From assembly GCA_013416795.1 (NCBI GenBank), contig RQSC01000022.1:50802-104601 (forward strand): DNA of 53,800 nucleotides. The letters are read 5' to 3'. Source of the DNA: Prasinococcaceae sp. CCMP 1430 (lineage: Eukaryota > Plantae > Prasinodermophyta). Positions 11,389-23,359 of this stretch are shown here, piece after piece (position 1 is the first letter of the stretch; each line of letters starts with the position of its first letter). The position numbers were made by a program, and so were the translations under genes. The notes under the pieces were generated by a model. That model had not been told where the DNA came from. It saw only the letters and a program-made list of their open reading frames with translations, and did no database searches.

Positions 11389-11762
11389 GGACCCAGCGCG
11401 CAAACACCACGCACTCCCATCGCCACTCTCACATACATACAGTAGGATTAGACGAGGTGTGTAATATGCTAGAGCGACTCTCAACCCACCGAGTGCGCGT
11501 GCGCGTGCGCGTGCGAGGGCGCTCTTCACACACGCGGGCGCGCGCCACCGACGAGCGCGCGAGTGCGCAGTCTGTGCGATTCGCGCGCCTTCGCGCGGCT
11601 GCGATGTCGGAGAGATTGAAAGCAGGCCCGCTGGCCCTGCGGCGGCGCTGCGCTCCTCGCACCCGCGCCGCTACTTCCTACGTGTACACTGAAGTCTGTG
11701 TGTGTGTATGTGCGCGGGCGTGTGTGCGTGCTCGGCGCCTGCGCGGCCTTCGCACACGGACG

Positions 11763-12131
11763 TCAGAAGGCGTCGTCGTCGTCGCTCTCATCGTCCCAGT
11801 CGTTGGCCTCGGTGCCCTCCTCGAAGTCCACCTGCACGTCGTACTGCCAGCCCTCGTCGCCGGGGCGCAGCCGCCGCTGCTCGAAGCCGACGTCCATGCG
11901 CGCCTTGGCTCGCACGAGCGCGTCCGCGCTCACGTGTTGCAAGTCCTCCACGTCGGCGTCGGCGTCGGCGTCTGCCGCGGGCGTGCTCGGCTCGTGTGGG
12001 GCGCCGTCCGCGCCCTCGGGGCCCCCGTCGCCCAGCGGCGGCAGCAGGCGGCCTGTGCTGGCGGGCGCGCTGCTGAAGACGCCGCCCCGCCTCTCCCCGT
12101 CGGCGGCGGCGTCGACGCTGCCGGAGCCGCT
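11763..12131 (-). CDS. CEP19: CEP19-like centriolar protein, 3' part only (5' part lies in the assembly gap 12132-12264)
   Basis: The C-terminus EDLQHVSADALVRAKARMDVGFEQRRLRPGDEGWQYDVQVDFEEGTEANDWD matches the CEP19 pattern DL.......L...K..MD..FE......D....YD..V.F.......WD. Confidence 0.75.
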   Translation of the reverse strand, partial: SGSGSVDAAADGERRGGVFSSAPASTGRLLPPLGDGGPEGADGAPHEPSTPAADADADADVEDLQHVSADALVRAKARMDVGFEQRRLRPGDEGWQYDVQVDFEEGTEANDWDDESDDDDAF

Positions 12132-12621
12132 NNNNNNNNNNNNNNNNNNNNNNNNNNNNNNNNNNNNNNNNNNNNNNNNNNNNNNNNNNNNNNNNNNNNN
12201 NNNNNNNNNNNNNNNNNNNNNNNNNNNNNNNNNNNNNNNNNNNNNNNNNNNNNNNNNNNNNNNNGTGTGTGTGTGTGTGCGCGTGCGTGTGTGCGTGTGT
12301 GTGCGTGCGTGTGTGTGCGTGTGTGTGTGTCGGTGTGCCACCGCGCGCACTGTCAGGCCGCCACCGCGCCAAGAGGTCAAGGTTTCGTTCCAAAGTCAGG
12401 GCCGGTCTCCCGAGTTTGGGTAAATTCTACACGAAATAGGGTTTGTGGCTAAGTACCGCGCAGCCGCCGCCGCGGCGGCTGCGCGCTGCCACAGCGAGGG
12501 CGCACGCCGCGGGCCCTGTGGGCGCCCGGCGGGGCGCCAGGCGAGGGGTTCGGGGCGCATCCGCAGCGGGAGGAACGGCCTGGTGTCAGCAGCCGCCGCC
12601 CGCGCCACGACAGCGGCCGCG

Positions 12622-15600
12622 ATGGCGCCCGGGCCCGTGCAGGAGCCGGCGGTGGCCGCTGCAGACGCTGCCGCATGCGCGGTGGAGCCGGCGGCAGCGG
12701 CCGCTGCTCATGCTGCGCCGGCGGCGGACTCGGTGCCAGAGCTGCAGGCGGAGGCGGGTGCAGTGGTGGACCAGGATGAGGCGAAGCCCATTCCCAACCC
12801 CGAGCCCGATGCGCAAGTGGTGCCGAAGGCCGAGACGGAGGTGGAGTCCGGAGCTGGGACGGTCGCGGAGGCAGAGGACGCGCAGCAGGGTGGGGAGCCG
12901 GAGCTGGCGCCGGAGGTTGAGGCCGAGGCGGAGCCCGCACACGTTGCGCGCGCGTGGGCCGCCGACGGCAGTGCCGGCGGCCCCGTCCCGGCGCCCGCGC
13001 CCGGAGACGTCGTCGTCGGCAGTGGTGAGCGCGACGGTGCCTCGGGAAATGCGCCGAACTCCGATGCGCTCGGCGCGGCGCGCCGGGGGCTCGTTGGCCA
13101 AGGCGCGCTGGTGCCGACGGCGCTCGGCGAGCGGGCGGCCGTGTACTGCGACTGGGCGGCGCACGGACGCGCGCTGCGCGGCGTCGAGCGGCGCGTGCTC
13201 GATTGCGTGCTTCCCACGCTGGCCAACACGCACACCACCACGAGCGCGGCCGGCCTGCAGACGACCTGCTTCCGCGAGGAGGCGCGCGGGGCGATCGCGC
13301 GCGCCACCAACTGCCGCGTGCAGCGCGCCGACCGCCACGCCGACGTGGTGCTTTTCGCGGGCCGCGGCGCGACCGGCGCCGCCAACAAGCTGGTCGGTGC
13401 GCTCGGCCTGCTTGCGCCGCTCCCGGAGGGCACGCCGGACTCGAAGCGCGCCGTGGTGCTCGTCGGGCCGCACGAGCACCACTCCAACCTGCTGCCGTGG
13501 CGCGAGTCGTCGGCGCTCGTGGTGAGCGTCCCCGAGGACGCGCGCGGTGGCGTCGACCGCGCCGCGCTCGCGCGCCTGCTGGAGCGGTACGCTGCGGTGC
13601 ACCCGCTGGTGATCGGCGCCTTCGCTGCGGCCTCGAACGTCACAGGCATAGAGGCGGACGTCGACGGGATCAGCGAGCAGCTGCACCGCGCGGGCGCGCT
13701 CGCCGTGTGGGATTACGCCGCGGCGGCGCCATTCGCGCCGCTGGACATGAACCCCGTCGTCATGATGGCCGACGGGTCGGGCGCCAATCCATACGTCTAC
13801 AAGGATGCCGCTCTCGTCTCAACGCACAAGATGGCCGGCGGCGCCGGCGCGCCCGGGGTGCTGCTCGCCAAGCGCCGCCTGTTTTCGCTGGCGGCGGCGC
13901 CGTCCACGCCGGGGGGTGGCACCGTCTTCTTCGTCACGTCGACGGATCACCGCTATCTGTCCAACCGCGAGGAGAGGGAGGAGGGGGGCACGCCGGACGT
14001 GGTCGGCGCCGCGCGCGCGGGGCTGGCGTTCGCCGCGCGCGCCGACATGCTGCGCGCCGGGGGGCACGCACGCGACATGGCGATTGCCGCGCGTGTGGAT
14101 GGCGCTCTGCGCGCGACGCCTCGGCTGGCTGTGCTCGGGCCGACGGCGGCTGACGTGCCGCGGCTAGCGGCGGTGTCTTTCCTCGTCGAGGCTCCTGCGC
14201 CATCCGTCGAAGGCCACGCTGGCGGCGCCTCCGGCACAGCGCCCGCCCGCGCCGCCGTGCGTGAGGGCCTCTATCTCCACTACAACTTCGTGTGTGCGCT
14301 CCTCAACGACGTTTTCGGCGTGCAATGCCGCGGCGGATGCGCATGCGCCGGCCCCTACGGGCTCGAGCTGCTGGGCGTGACGCCGAGTGCCGCCGCGGCG
14401 CTCGAGACGCAGCTACTCGACAAGCAGGAGGTGCTGCGGCCGGGGTTCACGCGGCTGAGCTTCGCACCGATGATGGCGGACTTCGAGGTTGAGTACGCCA
14501 TCGAGTGCGTGCGCGTGGTCGCCGAGTGCGGCTGGCGCGCGTTGCCGCAGTACCGCTTCGACACCCGCACGGGCGAGTGCCGCCACGCGAGCTGGGCGCG
14601 CTCCTTTCCCAAGCGGCGCTGGCTCGCGCACATGCGCTGGGAGGATGAGGGGGGCGGCCAGAGTGAAAGCCACGATGCACGCGATCGCACGTCGGTCGCC
14701 TTTGTGGACGGTGGCGAGGAGGGCTTGCGCGGCCGGCTCGAGGCGCAGCTCGCTGAGGGGGCGGCATGGCTGCGATCGCTCGGAGGACCCGAGGACGCCG
14801 TGCGCGCGCACCTCGCCGAGGGTCTCAACGCTGGACTGGAGGGCGAGGCGGAGCGCCTGCGTTGGTTCATGCTGCCGGGCGAGGCGGCGGCGCTCATGGG
14901 CGGTACCGCCTGCGCGCGCGCCACGGCCGCGTCTGCTGACGCGGTGCCCGTGCGGGTGCGCGAGTACGCGTCCGATGCATCGAACGAGGCCGAAGCGCCC
15001 GACGCCTCGTTCGAGCCGGCTGACGAACTCGCGGAGGAGGGAGACGACGTGTTTTGTGACGCCCTGGAGGATGCAGCGACAGTTGAGGCGCGGGACGAGG
15101 CACCCATTGCGCCGCCGGCTCCGAGCGAGCCTCGCGACGCTCAGCCATCGCCGGTCGAGCAAGGTCCGGCGCGCGCGGCGAGCCGCAAGCACGCGCTCCA
15201 GGGTGGCGGCGGCGGCGGCGCGGGCGCACGCGCGCCGGCGTATGTGGCGCTCGGCGAGAGCCTCAAGAAGGAGGCCAAGGCCGAGGCCGAGGCCGAAGCC
15301 GAAGCCGAGGCGTGCGCTCGCGGTGAAGGCGGAAACCAAGCGGATGGCGGCTCGCGCGCGGAGGGCGCCACGGATGGCTCGCACGCGGGCTCGCGGCTCA
15401 GCGCCAAGCAGCTTCGCCGGCGCAAGGCCGCGGGGCCATTCGTCACGCCTCCGCCCAAGGTCATGAAGAGCCTGGCAAAGGCGAACGCGCACTGGGGCAT
15501 GATCCAGCCAGGGGACAAGGTCCTGCTGGGGCTATCAGGCGGGAAGGACTCGCTCGCGCTGCTGCACTGCCTAGCGGCGTACCAGCGCCGCTTCCCGCCG

Positions 15601-16920
15601 GGCTCGTGGAGCTTTGCGGTGGCGACGGTCGACCCTGGCACTGACGCGTTCAACCCGCGGCCCCTCATCCCGTACGTGGAGAGCCTCGGCCTAACGTACC
15701 ACTACCTCGAGAATCCCATAATGCAGTGGGCGGCCGATGGCCACATGCAGGGGGACAGCATCTGCGCGTTCTGCTCGCGCATGAAACGCGGCGCGCTCTA
15801 CTCGTGCTGCCGCGAGCATGGCTACAACAAGCTGGCGCTCGCGCAGCATCTCGACGACCAGGCCGAGTCGTTTCTCATGAGCACCCTTCACAACGGCAAG
15901 CTCAGGGTCATGAAGGCGTCGTACACGATCGACGCCGGCGACATCGACGTCATCCGCCCCTTCGTGTACGTTCGCGAGCGGGCGCTGCGCGACTTTTCGT
16001 ACGCCGCGGGGCTGCCCGTCATCGCCGACAACTGCCCCGCGTGCTTCGAGGAGCCCAAGGAGCGCCACAGCGTCAAGAAGCTCCTCCAGAAGGAGGAGGC
16101 CGTCTTTCCAAGCGTGTACTCGTGCATCCTTCGTGCCATGACGCCCGTCATGGACCCGCTCGTTCAAGACGTCCTGGCGTCCGTCAGCGCCGACCTCGAT
16201 GCCCGCGCGGGAGAGAAGGCCGCGCGCGCCAAGGCGGCGGACCCGCTGCACCAGGCGCGACTTCGTGCCGGTGGCGAGCGGGCGCTGCAGGCAGCCAAGC
16301 GTGCTGAGGACAACGTGCGCGGCAACGGCGTGCGCGCCCACGGCAACGGCGACGGCGCGCGTGCCAACGGCAACGGTTCGCACGCCAACGGCAACGTCGC
16401 GCACGCCAACGGCAACGGCGTGCACGCCAACGGCAATGGTGTGCACGCCAACGGCAATGGCGTGTGCGCCGACGGCAATGTCAGCGGCGCTCTCGCCAAC
16501 GGCGTGCATCCGAATGGAGGCAAGGCCGCCGATGCCTCCGCCGATGCAGACCCCGATGCGGCGCTGCGCAGCTCGCGCGCGCGCGCGTACTCGTACTTCG
16601 CCGCCTCCTCGGGTGGCGCTGAGAACGGCGTCACTGTCGCATGCGGCAACGGCGCCCGCGCCCTCGCCGGAGACAACGGCGCCGCCGCCGAGGCGGCCGC
16701 GCTGGCGGACTTTTCGGAGGCGGAGCTCCTCGCGGAGCTGCGCAGGCGCCAGGTGGCCAAGCGCGGCGGGGGGAAGAGCGGACAGGGCGCGCGCGCGCAC
16801 GTGCAAGGCGTGCCGCGCGTGCGCGACGAGGCCGACGCCTTCGAGGCCGCCAAGTCCGCCGCGGCCGCGGGCCTGGCGTGTGCGCCTCCTGGCGCGGCGG
16901 CCGCCGTCGCGGGCGCCTGA
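12622..16920 (+). CDS. Intronless fusion of a class-V PLP aminotransferase (cysteine desulfurase-like) and a TtcA-type PP-loop tRNA thiolase
   Basis: N-domain: YCDWAAHGR, ANTHT, GPHEHHSNLLPWRE, AASNVTG, WDYAAAAP, PLP-Lys STHKMAGGAG, EEGGTP, RGGCACAGPYG. C-domain: MIQPGDKVLLGLSGGKDS, CAFCSRMKRGALY, NKLALAQHLDD, VIRPF, CPAC. First ATG at 12622; TGTAA at 17244. Confidence 0.92.
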   Translation: MAPGPVQEPAVAAADAAACAVEPAAAAAAHAAPAADSVPELQAEAGAVVDQDEAKPIPNPEPDAQVVPKAETEVESGAGTVAEAEDAQQGGEPELAPEVEAEAEPAHVARAWAADGSAGGPVPAPAPGDVVVGSGERDGASGNAPNSDALGAARRGLVGQGALVPTALGERAAVYCDWAAHGRALRGVERRVLDCVLPTLANTHTTTSAAGLQTTCFREEARGAIARATNCRVQRADRHADVVLFAGRGATGAANKLVGALGLLAPLPEGTPDSKRAVVLVGPHEHHSNLLPWRESSALVVSVPEDARGGVDRAALARLLERYAAVHPLVIGAFAAASNVTGIEADVDGISEQLHRAGALAVWDYAAAAPFAPLDMNPVVMMADGSGANPYVYKDAALVSTHKMAGGAGAPGVLLAKRRLFSLAAAPSTPGGGTVFFVTSTDHRYLSNREEREEGGTPDVVGAARAGLAFAARADMLRAGGHARDMAIAARVDGALRATPRLAVLGPTAADVPRLAAVSFLVEAPAPSVEGHAGGASGTAPARAAVREGLYLHYNFVCALLNDVFGVQCRGGCACAGPYGLELLGVTPSAAAALETQLLDKQEVLRPGFTRLSFAPMMADFEVEYAIECVRVVAECGWRALPQYRFDTRTGECRHASWARSFPKRRWLAHMRWEDEGGGQSESHDARDRTSVAFVDGGEEGLRGRLEAQLAEGAAWLRSLGGPEDAVRAHLAEGLNAGLEGEAERLRWFMLPGEAAALMGGTACARATAASADAVPVRVREYASDASNEAEAPDASFEPADELAEEGDDVFCDALEDAATVEARDEAPIAPPAPSEPRDAQPSPVEQGPARAASRKHALQGGGGGGAGARAPAYVALGESLKKEAKAEAEAEAEAEACARGEGGNQADGGSRAEGATDGSHAGSRLSAKQLRRRKAAGPFVTPPPKVMKSLAKANAHWGMIQPGDKVLLGLSGGKDSLALLHCLAAYQRRFPPGSWSFAVATVDPGTDAFNPRPLIPYVESLGLTYHYLENPIMQWAADGHMQGDSICAFCSRMKRGALYSCCREHGYNKLALAQHLDDQAESFLMSTLHNGKLRVMKASYTIDAGDIDVIRPFVYVRERALRDFSYAAGLPVIADNCPACFEEPKERHSVKKLLQKEEAVFPSVYSCILRAMTPVMDPLVQDVLASVSADLDARAGEKAARAKAADPLHQARLRAGGERALQAAKRAEDNVRGNGVRAHGNGDGARANGNGSHANGNVAHANGNGVHANGNGVHANGNGVCADGNVSGALANGVHPNGGKAADASADADPDAALRSSRARAYSYFAASSGGAENGVTVACGNGARALAGDNGAAAEAAALADFSEAELLAELRRRQVAKRGGGKSGQGARAHVQGVPRVRDEADAFEAAKSAAAAGLACAPPGAAAAVAGA
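16321..16510 (+). repeat. Coding 21-nt tandem repeat encoding (GNGVHAN)n
   Basis: About 8 degenerate GGCAACGGCGTGCACGCCAAC units in the tail of the fusion protein. Confidence 0.9.
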
Positions 16921-17522
16921 CAGTAGGTGCAGGCGGTGCGTTTCGTGTGCGTGTGCGTGTGCGTCAGGCGTACACGCACTCGCGCACAACAGCATGTGCG
17001 CATGCGCACATGCGCACAGTATATGCGCATGCGCACACAGCCACGTGTGCGCATGCGCACATTCGCATTGTGCTGCGCCCCGCTGCCTCCCTCCCTCAGT
17101 CCTCCCCCCGAACGCGCGATCCGTGTGACGGCGCGGGCCCCAACAGGTGCACTGTGCGCCAAGGCCCGCCGCCTGACGGAAGTGGCCGCCACGCGCGGCC
17201 ACGCGCCTGGGCGGGCGACAGCGCGCGACCCGCGCGCTGCTCATGTAACATCAGATACGATACACACGCGCGCGCGCGTGCACACACACCGCGTGCTACA
17301 GTGCTGCTTGTGGAGACCCACATGCACGCACACTTACACGACCGCGTACACACGGGTGCGAGCACGCGCGCACACACACACCGCGTGCTGCAGTGGTGCT
17401 TGCGCGAGCCCGCATACGCATACACCGCGCGTGCTGCCGTCCGTGTGGACGGCACGCGCGTGCCCGCAGCGGCAGACGGGCGCGCGCCCTCGGGCTCTCG
17501 CGGCGCCATGCGCGAGCGCGCT

Positions 17523-18299
17523 CTAGAGCCCCGCCGCCCTCGCCTTCGGGCTGTCCTGTGCGAATCCCGCGGCGAGCTTGCCGCTCCTCGCGCCGCTGAG
17601 GTCGGCGATGAGCGCGCGCCGCTGCGTCTTGGCGGCCTGGCCCGCGGTGGGCCCCCGCATTGTCTCGCGGGTGCGGAGGGACTCCGCCTCGAACGTGCGC
17701 AGGCTGGCCACCGTCGCTGCGAGCTGCGCCTCGATGGCCACCCGCCGCTGCCGCTCGGCGCTCAGCTTGGCGGAGAGCACCGCCACGGGGTCGCCGCTGC
17801 GCGAGGCGCCGCTGATGGAGGCCTCCACGCCCGTCGACCCGCTCGAGGAGGACCCCCGCCGCCTGCTCGCTCGCCTGCTGGACGCCATGCCGCCGCTCGG
17901 ATCGGCGAACGCGCTCGCGGCGCCCGCGAGGCGCAGCGCCGCGGTCGGCGTGAGCGGCGCGCCGTCCTCGTCGCCCTCCCCCGCTGCCCCCTCGCCCTCG
18001 CCGCGGCCGGCCGCGCATGAGAGTCCAGTGTCCCCGTCGCCCGTAGCTTCGGCGGCACCGACGCCAACCTGGGTCAGCGATCCCACTCCCATGCCTTCCC
18101 CCCACACGTACAGCGTGCCTGCGCCGCTCCCTCCAGACATGACGCGCGCGGCCAGCGCCGAGATGCCCATGCCAAACGGCACCGTGCCCGCGGTGGTGCA
18201 CAACATGGCCGTCGAGCGCGGAGATCCCGCGCCCGCTCCTTCCGGCCGGCCGCTCGTGGGCGCTGCCGACGCACGGCCGGGCGTCGCCACGTCACGTGN

Positions 18300-18371
<72 letters not shown>

Positions 18372-18579
18372 GTGTGCGCGCGCGCGCACGCACCGGCCCT
18401 GGCGACTGCCTGCGTGAGCGCCGAGCTCGCCGCGGAGGGTGTCGGGTCGGAGGCGGAGCGCGCGAGAGCGTCGAGAACGGGAGGCGTGGGCGCGGGCAGG
18501 GCCGAGGCGGCGGATTCCGCCGTGGCGCCCTGTGACGAGGAGGCTGCGCCAGCACCTGTGTGTGCGAGCGTGTGTGTGT

Positions 18580-18626
<47 letters not shown>

Positions 18627-18858
18627 CCGGGTTAGTACTTGCATGTGTTGTGTGTGATCATGTCTGTGCGCACACGCGCGTGCGCGCGCGTGTGTGTGTG
18701 CCCGTGTGTGCGCGTGCACGCGCGCGCGTGCGCGCGCGTCGTGTGCGTGTGCGTGCGCACGCACCCGGATGGCCGCCTGCGTCGCCGCCGTCCTTTGCCG
18801 CGCCCCCGTCCGCGCCGGAGGAAGGGCGCACGGCGACGCTGGACGTGCCGCAGCCCAT
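17523..18858 (-). CDS. Hypothetical N-myristoylated/palmitoylated protein with a C-terminal coiled coil; exons ~18858..18765, 18555..18394, ~18298..17523
   Basis: Starts MGCGTSS (acylation motif). Exons 1 and 2 join in phase through GT/AG sites; the last acceptor is obscured by the N at 18299. Coiled-coil-like LSAKLSAERQRRVAIEAQLAA. TGTAA on the minus strand at 17338-17334. Confidence 0.6.
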
Positions 18859-18891
18859 GGGCGTGGACTCGCGCACTTCCACACGCGCGCA

Positions 18892-18946
<55 letters not shown>

Positions 18947-19223
18947 TTGTGTGTGTTTGTGTGTGTTTGCAGGCCCGCACGCCGCCGTGCGCGCCTGGTG
19001 ATGTGCGCAGGTGTGCGCACGCGCCTGGCACACGGGCGCGCGCGCTGCCCGCCTCGCGCCGCTGAGGGCCTGTGGCGCGTCCGCTCACGCACACGCACAC
19101 ACACACACGCACACACACACACCGCATGCGTGCGGGCACGCGCACGCAGCACACGCACACACGCACGCACACACGCACACTCCCCCGTGTAGACCCAGAC
19201 ACCAACGGGGAACGTGTGGTTTT

Positions 19224-19268
19224 AAACCCTAACCGAAAATGGTCTCGTTATTGAGGTTTCAGGGTTTA
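19224..19268. promoter_or_regulatory. Telo-box pair (AAACCCTA / CAGGGTTTA) in a divergent promoter
   Basis: AT-rich patch between two head-to-head genes. Similar motifs occur at 3822, 12437, 42276 and 44273. Confidence 0.55.
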
Positions 19269-19510
19269 CGTTTAAATGTCATTTGACCTATGGCGGGCGC
19301 GCGCGCGCGCGCGTGCCGCATCGGGCGACACTGCGTGTGTGTGTGTCTGCGCTGTGTGTGTGTGTGCGTGTGTGTGTATGTGTGTGTGTGCGTGTGTGTG
19401 TGTGCGTGTGCGTGCGTGCGCATGCGTGTGTGTGGTTGCACGAGCGGACCTCGTCCGGCGCGTGGCGCGTGGCGCCACTCACGCACGCGCGCGCGCGCGC
19501 GCAGCCAGCC

Positions 19511-19644
19511 ATGGCGGAGGAGAGCGATGTCGAGGTCGGGGTGGTGCGTGCGCGCGCGCGCGGCGCAGCGCACGGGCGCGCACAAGCATGCGCGAACACG
19601 CACTCACATGCCGCTGACAATCTCAAACACGCACACACACACAC

Positions 19645-19677
<33 letters not shown>

Positions 19678-20052
19678 CATTTTTACGCACGCACGCGCAG
19701 ACGTGGGAGGGCGAGCTGAGCGCCGAGGGCGCCCCCGACGGCGAGGGCACCATGGTGTACCCCGACGGCGCCACCTTCGTGGGCACCATGGAGGCGGGCC
19801 AGCGCGTCACGGGCACGTACACCTTCGCCGACGGCTCGGTGTACGAGGGCGAGTACGCGGAGGTGAGCGCCCGAGCGTGCGCGTGCGCGTGAGCGTGTGT
19901 GTGTTCGTGTGCGCGTGTGTGTCGACGAGCATGCCAAGTGCAGCCACGCTTGTTGCTGCCTTGCGGGTTTGCTCGCACACCCGCACACGCGCTTACAGAC
20001 ACACACACACACACGCACATACACACACACACATACACGCACGCACACACAC

Positions 20053-20099
<47 letters not shown>

Positions 20100-20819
20100 T
20101 ACACACACACCTCCTGCCTCGCCCTCGCGCTTGCAGGGCTTGCGCTCCGGCAAGGGCAAGATGACCTACTCGGACGACTCGGTGTACGAGGGCGAGTGGG
20201 CGGCGGGCAAGCGCTCGGGCTCGGGCGTGTACACGTACGCCAACGGCGACAAGTACCGTGGCGAGTGGGCGGACGACCTCAAGGTGCGCATGCGGGGACG
20301 CGCGCTGCGTGGCGCGTGTGTGTGCGAGTTTTTTTTCGTGTGTGTGCGCGTGTGCGCGTGTGTGTTCGTGTGTGTGTGTGTGTGCACGCGCGCGTGTGTC
20401 GTGCAGGCGCTCGTGCATCAGCGTTCACATCGTCGCGCGCGTGCGTCCGAGCGCTTTGGCGTGGGTGTGTGGGAACACTTATGCTGACTCTTTGAGAGCT
20501 TGCGCCCACGCATCTCTACACACACACACACACACACACGCACATGTGCGCGCGCGCGCGCGCGCACGGCCGCGCTGTGACGCAGAGCGGCGAGGGCGTG
20601 TATACCTTTGTCGCCGCAAAGACCAGCTTCCAGGGCACCTTCGAGGCCGGCACCTTCGCGCGCGGCGAGTGGTTGCTCTCCGACGGCTCGCGCTACGAGG
20701 GCAGCTTCGAGGCAGGCAAGCCCAGCGGGGAGGGCGCCTTCATCTCGGCGTCGAGCGGCAACGTCACCAAGGGGGCGTACGACGCCGAGGGAAAGTGGAC
20801 CACGACGCAGGTGCTGTAA
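19511..20819 (+). CDS. MORN-repeat protein (RSPH1/RSP10-like); join(19511..19534,19701..19862,20137..20283,20586..20819)
   Basis: Repeated YEGEW.AG.RSG.G.YTY.NGD MORN units. All three introns are GT-AG, phase 0. TGTAA at 20884. Confidence 0.88.
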
Positions 20820-21067
20820 GCACCACGCGCCCCCCTGTGCGGTGGCGGCAAACGACCAGAGAGCGCACGCGCGTGTGTGCGCGTGTAACACATACAGACA
20901 TGCACACACACACACACACACGCGCGCGCGCACGCATGCACACACACACACACGCGCATACATCCACGCACACATGCACATTTGAGTAACGCGAGCACAT
21001 ACATACGTACACACCTGAGCGAGCGCATGCCCACGCAGGCGCATGTTTGTGTGCGCGCGTGGGCGCC

Positions 21068-22322
21068 TCAGCCACGACTCTTCTCACCCCGCGCGAGCTC
21101 CCCCGCCGCCGCGGCCACCGCCTCGGCGACGGCGTCGACCTCCGCCTCGGTGGTGTACTTCCCCACCGACAGCCGCACGGTGCCGTCGCCCCACTCGGGC
21201 GCCACGCCCATCGCCGCCAGCACGGGAGACATTGACACCGCACCCGCGTGGCAGGCGGAGCCAGAGCTGAACGCCACCTGGTGTGTGTGTGTGTGTGTGC
21301 GTGTGTGCGTGTGTGTGCGTGTGTGCGTGTGTGTGCGTGTGTGCGTGTGTGCGTGTGTGCATGTGTTCATGTGTGCACGCGCATGCGTGCATGTGTGCAT
21401 GCGTGGGTCAGAGTGTGAGCACGCGTGTGCGCGCACGAGTAGCGCACACACGCGCACGAAGACACACACACACTCACACGCGCGCGCCTCCATACGTACG
21501 GCACGCAAGCGCACGAAAGCGTCCGCTCGCACCTTGTCGCTGCACGCCTCCACGAGGTGCGCGCCGACGACGCCGCGCACCGACACCGACAGCGTGTTGG
21601 GCAGCCGTAACGCGGCCTCCGCGGGGCCGTTCACGCGCGCCTCGACGCCCTCGCGCTCCAGGGCGGCGAACAGCGCCTGGCACGTCCACGCGTGCGTACG
21701 CGTATGTGCGCGCGAGTGCATGTGTGTGCAAGTTCATGTGCATGTGGATTTGTTGTGTGTAGACGCGCGTGTGCGTGTGTGTATGCGTGTATGTGTGCGT
21801 GTGTGTGTGTGTGTGTGAGACAATGTCAGTGTGTGTGTGTTTCCGTCAGTGCACGAGGCAGCAAGCGTGTGTGAGCATGAGCAAACACAAGAACCCACAC
21901 GTGCACGCGCGTGCACAATCACGACGTGTGCACACACGCGTGCGCTCGCGCGTGTACGGCGCCCTCTCTCGCGCCCTCACCTCGCGCAGCCGCTCGCGCA
22001 GCGCGTGCAGCCGCGCGCGCGCCTCCGGCACGCGCTCGTGCGGCGAGGCGCCGCACGCGAGCTCGGCGGCCGCGCCGAGGCCGACGTTGAGGATGATGTT
22101 CTCCGTGCCTGCGCGGCGGCCCCCTGAGGGTCGTGTGTGTGTGATTGTGTGTGCGTGTGTGCGTGAGCACAGGCTGCAGCAGTGAGTGTGTCTCGCCGCA
22201 AGTGTATTCACGCTGTGCAAGTACCCGTGCCCGTCCAGACACCGCACAAAGACGCTCACAAACACATACACGCAGACATGCGCGCGTGCACACAGAAGGC
22301 CAATGCCGAACACACACACGCA

Positions 22323-22356
<34 letters not shown>

Positions 22357-22957
22357 AACACGTGCACACACGCAAAAACGCACACACACGCACCCTCGTG
22401 CCCCGCGCCGATCATGAACCTCTCCGGCTGCGCGGGCGCGTCCCTGCGCGCCACGAGCGCGCCCACGCCCTTGGGGGCGTACAGCTTGTGCCCCGCGACG
22501 GTGAGGAGGTCCACGCCGAGCTCTGCGAAGTCCACCTTGAGGGGGCACGCGAGCGTGTGTGTGTGCGTGTGTGTGTGTGTGTGCGCATGTGTGTGTGTGT
22601 GTGTGTGCGTGTGTGTGTGTGTGTGCGTGTGTTTGAGTGCCCGCGCGTGTTTGCCAATGTCAGTGCGCAGGTGTGCATGTGTGGGCGCATGGCAGTGCGC
22701 GTGCTGTGTGTGTGCGTGTGTGCGTGCGTGCGAGCGCGCGCGCCCCCCACCTCCACCTTGCCGACGCTCTGCGATGCGTCGGTGTGCGACAGCGCCCCCG
22801 CGGCGCGCGCGGCGGCAGCCGCCTCGCGCACGGGCATCAGCGCGCCCGTCTCATTGTTGGAGTGCATCACCTTGGCGTGTGCGTGTGCATGCGCCTGTGT
22901 CAGTGCAAGCGCGCACGCGTCTGTGTGCATCCACGCATGTGTGTGCGTGTGTGTGTG

Positions 22958-23007
<50 letters not shown>

Positions 23008-23261
23008 TGTGCGCCTTCGTGACTACGCATGCACGCACCGTCACAATCGCGGTGCACCCCGGCCGCACCGCGGCGGCGATGTCCGCCGCTGACGCGACCC
23101 CGTCGGCGCCAACGCCCACGTAGGTCGCCTCAAAGCCCTCCTTCTCCACCAGGTAGGCCACCACCTGCGCGTACACGTGTGTGTGAATGTGAGCGTGCGC
23201 GTCAGTTACCACATGAATGAATGCACGTGGGTGCCTACGAGTTGGAAACACCACATACACA

Positions 23262-23359
<98 letters not shown>

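Noticed and set aside
11053-12452. C-terminal ~470 aa of the 2544-aa ORF
   Set aside because: It reads through an intron, a 3' UTR, the antisense CEP19 exon and an N gap. The spliced gene stops at 11388.
16918-16926. TGA CAG TAG ending as possible selenocysteine read-through, prompted by the nearby Sec-lyase-like gene
   Set aside because: No redox motif context and no recognisable SECIS element.
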